Shown one piece after another: positions 10,214 to 20,371 of a DNA stretch of 64,000 bases. Under the pieces are notes generated by a model. The model made no database searches and had not been told where the DNA came from. It was given only the letters and a program-made list of their open reading frames with translations. The position numbers were made by a program, and so were the translations under genes. This stretch comes from an uncultured Gammaproteobacteria bacterium (lineage in GTDB: Bacteria; Patescibacteriota; Patescibacteriia; Veblenbacterales; UBA10138): contig CAYGDX010000001.1 of NCBI GenBank assembly GCA_964348825.1, positions 175,463-239,462 on the forward strand, given 5' to 3'. Every line of letters starts with the position of its first letter. Position 1 is the first letter of the stretch.

Positions 10214-11683
10214 ATGCGGATAACTACAAAAAATATTAATGATTGGTATTTGGCTGTAAATCGGAATATGTCTTTTTTGCATCACTCACTCAGCAAGAAA
10301 GGCCATATTAAAGGTTTGAGGTTATTTGGTTTTAAACAGCCAAGTTTATTGGAATTTTCTATTAATAAAAAATTTGAATCATTTCTTTATTATTCTCACA
10401 CATCAGCTGGTTCATTAATGAAAGAAATGAGAATATTGGTACAATCCAAAAGTTGGTTGCAAAAATTAAAAAATGATTATAAAAAATACGGTGATGAACT
10501 TCTTCAAGCTACAAAATTACTTAGTGTATCGACTGGCAATAGCGTAGTCTTAATTAAGAATTTTGATAGATATTTTAAATGTTACGCAAGCTACACCCCA
10601 GCATTAAATATTACGGCTTTAGGAGGTCGTGTTTTAACTGATGATTTATATAAATCAATTCAAAACCAGTTGGATTGTTCGTGGGATAAAGCTGGAAAAA
10701 TTATTAGTACACTAACTTTTCCAGATTTACCAACCCCTAGTCAAGCAGAGGAATTAGATTTTTTAAAAATAGTTAGTAGTCGTCATTCATTATCGAAATT
10801 TCAAATAGTTGTCCGTTTGAAACGTCATTATGAATATTATTCAGTTATCCCGGCCAACTTTGTGGGTGAACCGTGGGACTATGATTATTTTTATAATAAA
10901 CTAATAAATTATTCGGGTTCAGCCGATAAAGCAAGACAAAAAATATTAAGGCGTAGAGAAAAAATGATAAAAGAACGCGACGTTCTTTATAAAAAATTAA
11001 ATTTGGATTTAAATTCACGTCGATTAATTGTTGCCTTACGTTTAATTTCTGAATTGAACGAATATCGTAAGTTTATTTTTAGTTATGCGAGCGTGGGAGT
11101 GCGTGAAGTTTTAAACAAAATTGCTTTGGATAATAATTTTAACAGCTGGCGCGATATGCATTATTTGACAGCTGATGAAATTAAATTATTAGTAAAAAAT
11201 AAATCCGTCGCCAGGGTGAAAAAAAATTATGAACGTAGGTTTAATAGTTATTCTGGGGTAATTACCGACCTTGATTTAAATACAGAACGTGAACTAACTG
11301 GCCAAGAAATTAAACTTGTAAAAAATAATTTGGCGCCCTTTATTAAGTCCGCGTCGGTGAAGGATGATTCATTGCGGGGTTTTATTGGTAATAAAGGTTA
11401 TGCCAAAGGGCCAGTTCGGTTGGTGCTAAAAGAATCAGATTTTGCTAAAGTAAAAACCGGTGATATTTTAATAGCTAGAATGACATCGGCTGATTATATT
11501 GTGGTTATGAAAAAAGCGGCGGCATTTGTAACTGATGAAGGTGGTATAACTAGTCACCCTGCAATAGTGGCAAGGGAAATGAATAAACCTGGAATTGTAG
11601 GTACAAAATATGCTACTCAAATTTTTAAAGACGGTGATATGGTGGAGGTAGATGCTAATAAGGGTATTGTAAGGAAGATTTAA
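10214..11683 (+). CDS. Hypothetical protein with C-terminal PEP-utilizing-enzyme mobile (phosphohistidine swivel) domain
   Basis: The last ~85 aa (GDILIARMTSADYIVVMKKAAAFVTDEGGITSHPAIVAREMNKPGIVGTK…GDMVEVDANKGIV) match the PEP-utilizers mobile domain, including the conserved phospho-His context (GGxTSH). The N-terminal ~400 aa are AT-rich, unrecognised and lysine-rich. The true start is uncertain. Confidence 0.6.
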   Translation: MRITTKNINDWYLAVNRNMSFLHHSLSKKGHIKGLRLFGFKQPSLLEFSINKKFESFLYYSHTSAGSLMKEMRILVQSKSWLQKLKNDYKKYGDELLQATKLLSVSTGNSVVLIKNFDRYFKCYASYTPALNITALGGRVLTDDLYKSIQNQLDCSWDKAGKIISTLTFPDLPTPSQAEELDFLKIVSSRHSLSKFQIVVRLKRHYEYYSVIPANFVGEPWDYDYFYNKLINYSGSADKARQKILRRREKMIKERDVLYKKLNLDLNSRRLIVALRLISELNEYRKFIFSYASVGVREVLNKIALDNNFNSWRDMHYLTADEIKLLVKNKSVARVKKNYERRFNSYSGVITDLDLNTERELTGQEIKLVKNNLAPFIKSASVKDDSLRGFIGNKGYAKGPVRLVLKESDFAKVKTGDILIARMTSADYIVVMKKAAAFVTDEGGITSHPAIVAREMNKPGIVGTKYATQIFKDGDMVEVDANKGIVRKI

Positions 11684-11687
11684 AAAT

Positions 11688-12614
11688 ATGCCACCAATTT
11701 TAATCACCTGTTATGTAAACCCTGATCTTGATGGTGTGGCGGGGGCAGTTGCCTATGTCGAGTTTTTACAAAAGACAGTCAAGAATGCCGTTGCTTCCAT
11801 TATTGGCGAAATACACGACGAAACAAAATATATTTTGGATCGTTTTGGTTTTGAGTATCCCCGGATAATACTGAATGCTAATAATTTTGACGAAGTTATT
11901 TTAGTAGATTCTAGCGACCTTAATGGTTTGGAAGGAAAAATTGCGCCACAAAAAGTTATTGAAATTATTGATCACAGAAAAGTTCACGAAGCAAATAAAT
12001 TTCCAAATGCCAAAGTACAAATAGAATTGGTTGGCGCGGCCGCAACCTTGGTGGCAGAAAAGTTTATACAAAATAAAATTGAGATTTCTAAACAATCAGC
12101 TACGCTTTTGTTGGGAGCAATTATTTCCAACACTTTAAATTTTAAAGGCAGTGTTACTACAGAGCGCGATAGGGTGGCGGCTACTTGGCTTAACCAAACT
12201 GCCGAATTACCTAATGATTTTTGGAAAGATTTGTTTATTGCCAAATCTGATTTATCTGGTAATAAGTTAGCTGAAAGAATTGAAGGCGATTTTGCTTGGT
12301 TTATAATGGGTGATAAAAAAGTTGGCATTGCTCAAATTGAAATGATTGGTGCGCAAAAGTTGATTAATGAAAGGAGCGCTGAAATTATTGAAGTTTTAGC
12401 CAAAATTACCAAAGAAATGAATTTGGATTTTGTGTTTCAAAATACGATTGAGCTTGAAAATGATAAAAATTTTTTTGTGACGCAAGATTCCGCTACTCAA
12501 AAATTATTAACCAAAGTTTTTCAAGTACAATTTAATGGTGTAATAGCCGAAGGGTCAAATTTAATTATGCGTAAGCAAATTGTGCCTTTATTAAAAAGTG
12601 AGTTAGAAAAATAA
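11688..12614 (+). CDS. ppaC: Manganese-dependent inorganic pyrophosphatase (family II, DHH/DHHA2)
   Basis: 308 aa. The DHH-family N-terminus (NPDLDGVAGAVAY…ILVDSS…IDHR) and the substrate-binding C-terminal region (GAIISNTLNFKGSVTT…IAQIEMIGAQKL) are characteristic of family II PPase. Confidence 0.75.
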   Translation: MPPILITCYVNPDLDGVAGAVAYVEFLQKTVKNAVASIIGEIHDETKYILDRFGFEYPRIILNANNFDEVILVDSSDLNGLEGKIAPQKVIEIIDHRKVHEANKFPNAKVQIELVGAAATLVAEKFIQNKIEISKQSATLLLGAIISNTLNFKGSVTTERDRVAATWLNQTAELPNDFWKDLFIAKSDLSGNKLAERIEGDFAWFIMGDKKVGIAQIEMIGAQKLINERSAEIIEVLAKITKEMNLDFVFQNTIELENDKNFFVTQDSATQKLLTKVFQVQFNGVIAEGSNLIMRKQIVPLLKSELEK

Positions 12615-12625
12615 AATAATTTTTT

Positions 12626-13168
12626 ATGGTTACAATAATTTTTGAATCCCATGCCACATCTTTAGATAATGAAGCGGATTTAGCTTCGGGAATTTATGAT
12701 GTTGAATTGTCAGATTTGGGTAGGAAACAAGCACAAGAATTAGGGGAGAGGTATAAAAATGAAAATTTTGATGCTATTTTTTGTTCGGATTTAAAACGTT
12801 CTTATAATACGGGAGAAATTGCTTTTAATAATCGAGAGCTTACTATAATTAAGGATAAGCGTTTGCGTGAAGTGGATTATGGTGAGTTAACACGACAACC
12901 ATCTGGCACTTATATACAAAAAGTTCGTGGTGATTTTATAGATAAGCCATTTCCTAGTGGGCAAAGTTATCAACAAACAACTGATTTGATGAAATTATTT
13001 TTACTGGAGTTATTAGAGAAATATAATGATAAAAAAGTTATGATTATTGGTTCTCGTGCTACGCAGTATGCTTTAGAAAACTTGATTAATAAATTATCAC
13101 TTAAAGATGTGGTGATGTCGCCTTGGCACTGGCAACCAGGATGGCAGTATAATTTAATGGTCATTTAA
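12626..13168 (+). CDS. Histidine phosphatase superfamily (phosphoglycerate-mutase-like) protein, divergent catalytic motif
   Basis: Branch-1 histidine phosphatase pattern (…IIFESHATS…LSDLGRKQAQELGERY…DAIFCSDLKRSYNTGEIA…). The usual RHG appears as SHA in my alignment, so catalytic competence is uncertain. Confidence 0.55.
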   Translation: MVTIIFESHATSLDNEADLASGIYDVELSDLGRKQAQELGERYKNENFDAIFCSDLKRSYNTGEIAFNNRELTIIKDKRLREVDYGELTRQPSGTYIQKVRGDFIDKPFPSGQSYQQTTDLMKLFLLELLEKYNDKKVMIIGSRATQYALENLINKLSLKDVVMSPWHWQPGWQYNLMVI

Positions 13169-13171
13169 TAT

Positions 13172-13465
13172 ATGTTTTTTAATTTTAAAAGTCTACTCAA
13201 AGATAGATTACAACAACAAGGGATTGATTCCTCAGTTGAAGCCGCGATGGTAGCGAGTGTTTTTCGTCGTTTGGTGGCGGAAAAATTTGGTAAATCCGCG
13301 GCCGATGGTTTAAGGAGAATTGCGCTCATCAACGACGATACGATTGAAGTAGCCACGTCGTCTGCCCCATTTGCTTCCGAGCTTAAAATGAATGAATTTG
13401 ATTTTAAAGATGCCTTAGCTCAGGAATTTAAAGGCAAACAGTTTAGGTTAAGGATTTTTGGGTAA
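13172..13465 (+). CDS. DUF721-like small protein
   Basis: 97 aa. The C-terminal pattern (…DDTIEVATSSAPFASELKMNEFDFKDALAQEF) resembles DUF721 proteins, a family of predicted RNA/DNA-binding proteins often found near gyrB/dnaA regions. Confidence 0.45.
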   Translation: MFFNFKSLLKDRLQQQGIDSSVEAAMVASVFRRLVAEKFGKSAADGLRRIALINDDTIEVATSSAPFASELKMNEFDFKDALAQEFKGKQFRLRIFG

Positions 13466-13719
13466 TACCCCACCTAACCCCGCCTCATCGGCGGACAAGC
13501 TCCCTATAATGTATTTTAGGAAGAAATTTTACTAAATTTGGCTATTAGTTAGCCATTTTTTAATATGTCTTTCCAACTTGTGGAATTATCTAAAAAATGT
13601 TAAACTAATAGTAGTTTTACAGTACTATTTTGGTTGTTTTTTATTTATATCTGGATTCCCGCTTTCGCGGGAATGACGGGTGTAAATGTTAACAGTTTTG
13701 AGTTTTAACTTTTTATATT

Positions 13720-14112
13720 GTGTCCTTAAAGTATTATCTATGGTGGATGACAGCCGGTACACTCGGGGCCTGGGCTGTTTTGTGGTTGGTAATGAAGTAT
13801 TTGGATCCTCAAAGTACTGGATTTTTAGGGCTTCTACTTTTTTACGTGGCAGTTTTTTTAAGTGTTACCGGCACCTTAACCATTTTCGGGTTTACTTGGC
13901 GCATGTTCCGATTTAAAGATGAAGTATTATTTCGTCATATGACACAGGCCTTCAGACAAGGCGCAATGTTGGCTCTTGTGGTAGTAGGTGCTTTATTTTT
14001 GGAAGCACAAAAACTTTTGACTTGGTGGAATTTGGGATTACTTATTTTAGGATTAACACTTTTGGAATTTTTTTGGTTGTCGGTTAAGAGAATGCCGCCG
14101 GCAGACGTTTAG
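13720..14112 (+). CDS. Hypothetical membrane protein
   Basis: 130 aa with 3 to 4 hydrophobic helices. No recognisable family. Confidence 0.4.
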   Translation: MSLKYYLWWMTAGTLGAWAVLWLVMKYLDPQSTGFLGLLLFYVAVFLSVTGTLTIFGFTWRMFRFKDEVLFRHMTQAFRQGAMLALVVVGALFLEAQKLLTWWNLGLLILGLTLLEFFWLSVKRMPPADV

Positions 14113-14199
14113 AAACATTAGAACATTAAATCATTTGAACATTAGAGCAAATTAATTTGTTTAAATGTTCTGATGTTCTAGTGTTAAAGTGATAAAATT

Positions 14200-15222
14200 A
14201 TGTTAGACGAATTAAAACAACTCCGCACTGATGCTTTAAGTGAATTGAAAAATTTGACTGATTTGCCATCCTTAGAAATTTGGCGGGTGAAGTATTTAGG
14301 TCGGAAAGGAATGCTTTCGCAAATTAGTGACGGCATAGAAAGTGTGCCAGCTGAAAGTAAACCACAGGTCGGACAATTATTAAATGAAGTAAAACAAGAA
14401 TTAACTAAAGCGTGGCAAGAAGCTTTAACTCAAAATTCATCGGAGGGTAGTGAAGTGTCATTGGATTTTAATTTGCCTAGCATAGTAAAAAATGAGCGTG
14501 GTCATTTGCATCCTATTTCTATTATTCAAAAAGAATTAGAAGAATTATTTATTTCTTTGGGTTTTATGGTGCTCGATGGGCCGGAACTAGAAAGCGAATA
14601 TTATAATTTTGAAGCGTTAAATATTCCGTCGTGGCATCCAGCGCGCGATACCCAAGATACATTTTTTGTGAAAGGTGGCGAAGCGGATAACCGCCTTGTG
14701 CTTCGTACGCACACTTCAAATATGCAAGTAAGGGCACTAGAAAAATATGGCGCGCCGCTTCAAGCAGTTGTGCCGGGGCGAGTATTTCGCTATGAAGCGA
14801 CCGACGCTTCGCACGAACACACTTTTTGGCAAATGGAAGGGATAGTGGTAGATAAAGGAATTACAGTGGCCAATTTAATTGCTGTAATGCAGAGGCTACT
14901 TCAAGGTATTTTTAAAAAAGAAGTAGAGGTACGCCTGCGGCCTGGGTATTTTCCATTTGTGGAACCAGGGTTTGAGCTGGATATGAAATGTTTGATTTGT
15001 AAGGGTAGTGGTTGTTCAGTGTGCAAGCAAAGTGGTTGGGTGGAAATGATGCCTTGTGGTTTGGTGCATCCGAAGGTTTTAGAATACGGTGGGCTTGATC
15101 CGAAAGTGTATTCTGGTTTTGCGTTTGGGCTTGGTTTGTCGCGACTCGCAATGATGAAGTATGGAATAGATGATGTCAGATTGTTTTTGAGTGGAGATTT
15201 AAAGTTTTTAGAAAAGTTTTAG
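14200..15222 (+). CDS. pheS: Phenylalanine--tRNA ligase alpha subunit
   Basis: 340 aa. Class II aaRS core (…FRYEATDASHEHTFWQMEG…GFAFGLGLSRLAMMKYGIDDVR). Lies upstream of pheT. Confidence 0.95.
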   Translation: MLDELKQLRTDALSELKNLTDLPSLEIWRVKYLGRKGMLSQISDGIESVPAESKPQVGQLLNEVKQELTKAWQEALTQNSSEGSEVSLDFNLPSIVKNERGHLHPISIIQKELEELFISLGFMVLDGPELESEYYNFEALNIPSWHPARDTQDTFFVKGGEADNRLVLRTHTSNMQVRALEKYGAPLQAVVPGRVFRYEATDASHEHTFWQMEGIVVDKGITVANLIAVMQRLLQGIFKKEVEVRLRPGYFPFVEPGFELDMKCLICKGSGCSVCKQSGWVEMMPCGLVHPKVLEYGGLDPKVYSGFAFGLGLSRLAMMKYGIDDVRLFLSGDLKFLEKF

Positions 15223-15242
15223 TAAATTAAAAAATTTATTTT

Positions 15243-15403
15243 GTTACTTTTTATAAAGTAACACAAAATCTCCGCCTCGGTCTTCGGGTTTGAACAGTGC
15301 TCGTCAAACGAGCTGGCTCAAGCTATGCTAAGCGACCACAGACACGCTTGAGCCGGACGCTCGTTTGACTTCCGCTCTGTACAAACCCTACGACAGGGCG
15401 GCA
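15243..15403 (-). mobile_element. MITE-like repeat family 1, copy 1 (between pheS and pheT), inverted relative to the 37538 copy
   Basis: About 160 bp. The core is >80% identical to the copies at 37538, 54935 and 58508. It has ~30 bp imperfect terminal inverted repeats (cgccgccYtgtcgtagggtttgtacag … ctgttcaaacccgaagaccgaggcggcg) and a terminal palindromic hairpin (gttactttttataaagtaac). Confidence 0.65.
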
Positions 15404-15426
15404 CAACGACTAATTTAAATTACCTT

Positions 15427-17559
15427 ATGAATTTTTCCTACAACATTCTTCGCGAGATGGTTAAAGCGCCGAAAGAGGTATCGGCTGATGTTTTGGCGCG
15501 CACTTTAACAATGAGTGTGGTGGAAGTAGAAGAAATAATTTCTCAAGCCGAAAGTTTAGATAAGGTTCTGTTAGGTGAAGTGATAGCTATAAATACTCAC
15601 CCTAATGCCGATAAGTTAAAGCTCGCCACTGTAGATATTGGTAATGAAAAAGTGGAAGTGGTTTGTGGTGGGGTGAATTTGTCTGAGGGGATGAAAGTAG
15701 CGTTTGCGCAAATTGGTGCGCGAGTAAAATGGCACGGGCAAGGTGAATTAATTACTTTAGAGAAAGCAGCTATCCGCGGTGTGGAATCAAATGGTATGAT
15801 TTGTGCAGCCGAAGAATTGGGTTTGGTTGATGCAAAAGCGACAGAGCACGGAATTATGGATTTATCGGAATATCCAGATAAAATTGGCACGCCACTAGCC
15901 CAAGTTTTAAAATATAATGATTTAATAATTGCCGTAGATAATAAATCGATTACTCATCGTCCGGATTTATGGGGACATTTAGGCCTCGCTCGGGAACTGG
16001 CAGCGCTTTGGCAAACAAAATTGGTAATTCCAAAATTAGCTGATATTAAATCAACTGACGGCGCTTCATTATCAGTTAAGATTCAAGAACCTAAATTTTG
16101 TCAGCGGTATTTAGGTATAATTTTAAATAATGTAAAAGTAGGCGAGTCGCCAATATGGCTTAAGAATCGTTTGCAAGCTTTGGGGTTTAGACCAATAAAT
16201 AATGTGGTAGATGTAGCTAATTTCGTGATGGCCGAAATTGGCCAACCGCTTCATACTTTTGATTTGAAAAAATTATCATCACCTGAAATTACTGTGCGCA
16301 AAGCGACAGCGGGCGAAATAATAAAAACTTTAGATGAAATAGAAAGAATGTTAGATGCCAATACTTTAGTGATAGCGGATAAAAAACAGGCAATTGCAAT
16401 TGCTGGTATAATTGGAGGTTTAAATAGTGCGGTTGATGAGAAAACAACCAGTTTAGTAATTGAGTCAGCTAATTTTGATGCTGTGTCGGTTCGTAAAACT
16501 GCTGGAAAGCTCGGGTTTCGTACCGAAGCAAGCTCCAGATTTGAAAAAGCATTGGATCCGAATTTAGCTGAAGTAGGTATCAAACGTTTTGTTTATTTAT
16601 TGCAGGAAATTTGTCCGGAAGTCACGGTAGGCAGTAATTTGGTTGATGAATATCCAAGCGTACCCCAGACAACAACTATTAAAGTTAGCCCAACTTGGCT
16701 TAATGAAAGATTGGGTACCAAGTTAGCTAGTAAAACTATCAAAGATATTTTAGAAAGTTTAGGATTTGCGGTTAATCCCTCCTCACCTCCCCTTGAAAGA
16801 GGAGGAAGTATAGAGTGGGAAGTTGCGGTGCCATCTTTCCGCGCGACGCGTGATATATCTATTCCTGAAGATTTGATTGAAGAAGTGGCGCGAATTTATG
16901 GTTATGACAAAATTAAACCTACACTGCCAAAGTTTGATGTTAAAAATCAGGTACAAGATAAAGCGCAGGAATTAAGATGGAAAATTAGAGAAATTTTAGT
17001 TGGCGTTGGTTTTACTGAAAATTTAAGCTATTCTTTTGTAAGCAAGCAAACATTAGCTGCTTTACCCAGTGAAGTTTTGGCAGTATTACCTATACCAGTC
17101 GATAAATTATTAGAGCTTAAAAATCCGGTTAATCAAGCTGAAAGTTTTTTGCGGCCGGGTTTAATACCAAATATGGCAACACAGCTAGTGCTTAATGCTT
17201 TACATTTACCACATCAACCTATACAAATATTTGAATTAGGGCGCGTGTTCACAAATTTAGAAGGTGAGTTCAAAGCTTCCACTGCTAAAAATAATTTACC
17301 AACCCAACCTTGGCATTTGGCGCTCGCGGTGCGACTGCCTGGTAACGAAGTAGCACTTACTTATCAAACTTTGCGTGGCGCGATCGAGGCGATTGGCAAA
17401 AATTTAGGTGTTACATTTCAATTTGTGCCAGTTGGTAAAATGTCAGCTAAGATTATGGTAAGTGGTAAGCCAGTGGGAGGATTGGCAATTACACAATTTA
17501 TGAAATCAAGTTTGAAGCCGCTAGTTGCTTTGGCGGAGATTGATTTGGAGCAGTTGTAA
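15427..17559 (+). CDS. pheT: Phenylalanine--tRNA ligase beta subunit (short form)
   Basis: N-terminal tRNA-binding OB domain (GEVIAINTHPNADKLKLATVDIG…VVCGGVN), followed by B3/4 and B5-like regions. 710 aa, so it lacks the long C-terminal extension of canonical PheT. Contains a small hairpin-encoded insertion at about 16777..16808. Confidence 0.92.
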   Translation: MNFSYNILREMVKAPKEVSADVLARTLTMSVVEVEEIISQAESLDKVLLGEVIAINTHPNADKLKLATVDIGNEKVEVVCGGVNLSEGMKVAFAQIGARVKWHGQGELITLEKAAIRGVESNGMICAAEELGLVDAKATEHGIMDLSEYPDKIGTPLAQVLKYNDLIIAVDNKSITHRPDLWGHLGLARELAALWQTKLVIPKLADIKSTDGASLSVKIQEPKFCQRYLGIILNNVKVGESPIWLKNRLQALGFRPINNVVDVANFVMAEIGQPLHTFDLKKLSSPEITVRKATAGEIIKTLDEIERMLDANTLVIADKKQAIAIAGIIGGLNSAVDEKTTSLVIESANFDAVSVRKTAGKLGFRTEASSRFEKALDPNLAEVGIKRFVYLLQEICPEVTVGSNLVDEYPSVPQTTTIKVSPTWLNERLGTKLASKTIKDILESLGFAVNPSSPPLERGGSIEWEVAVPSFRATRDISIPEDLIEEVARIYGYDKIKPTLPKFDVKNQVQDKAQELRWKIREILVGVGFTENLSYSFVSKQTLAALPSEVLAVLPIPVDKLLELKNPVNQAESFLRPGLIPNMATQLVLNALHLPHQPIQIFELGRVFTNLEGEFKASTAKNNLPTQPWHLALAVRLPGNEVALTYQTLRGAIEAIGKNLGVTFQFVPVGKMSAKIMVSGKPVGGLAITQFMKSSLKPLVALAEIDLEQL

Positions 17560-17576
17560 GTTTAGTAAGAGTTTTT

Positions 17577-17665
17577 ACTAGAACATTAAATCACTAGATC
17601 ATAAAAACAAAAAATTCTTTATTAATAATGTTCTAATGTTCTAATGTTTTAGTGTTCTAGTGAAT
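17577..17665. repeat. Intergenic word repeat family A (tagaacat / cactagatcat), ~90 bp inverted-repeat element upstream of gyrB
   Basis: About 90% identical to 26627..26715 upstream of nusG. Diverged members lie at 838..905 (upstream of atpA), 5165..5250 (upstream of atpC) and 14105..14195 (upstream of pheS). Each is organised as ctagaacattaaa … tttaatgttctag inverted arms. Confidence 0.75.
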
Positions 17666-17701
17666 AAAATTTCGATATTCGGATTTTAATAAATTATTTA
17701 A

Positions 17702-19753
<2,052 letters not shown>

Positions 19754-19848
19754 AGTTCTTGTCCGCCGAAGTTTTAACGAAGGTGGAAAGAATCTTGACA
19801 TCTAATAAATTATTTGTTTTAAATTTAAATAAGTAGTAAAGTTAAAAT

Positions 19849-20214
19849 ATGGATGATAAATCAGAAAAAAATATAATCGAAGGTGATACGATGCCAATAC
19901 TACCGGAGATAAAACTTTTTCTCACCAAATTAATGGCGGAAAAAGGCGTGGTTGATTTATCAACTGATTTACAAACTGATCTTTTAGAAAGCTTGCATCA
20001 GCGCTTGCAAGCTTTTTTGCTTTTAACTTTAACTAATAAATTATCAACCGAACAAGTTAAACAAATGGATGGGTTAATGGAAAGTGGGGAAATGGATATG
20101 ATAAAATCTTATGATTTTTTCCGTGCGAGTATTAAAGATGTTGATGAGGTAGTAGCCAAGGCGATGATGGATTTTAGGCAAGTGTATTTAACTGGTAGCC
20201 CTATACTTAAATAG
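19849..20214 (+). CDS. Hypothetical protein
   Basis: 121 aa, helical, no recognisable family. Confidence 0.35.
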   Translation: MDDKSEKNIIEGDTMPILPEIKLFLTKLMAEKGVVDLSTDLQTDLLESLHQRLQAFLLLTLTNKLSTEQVKQMDGLMESGEMDMIKSYDFFRASIKDVDEVVAKAMMDFRQVYLTGSPILK

Positions 20215-20371
20215 AATTTAAATTTTTATACATACCAAAGTATTTGACAATTAATACTTGCTAAATCAAAAGTTAAAACTTAAAAGTCAAAATACGATTT
20301 ACAAATCAAAGATTTTTATTTTTTAGTTGTAGTTTTTAGTTTTTACTTTTGCGTTTTGAGTTAAGAACTAT

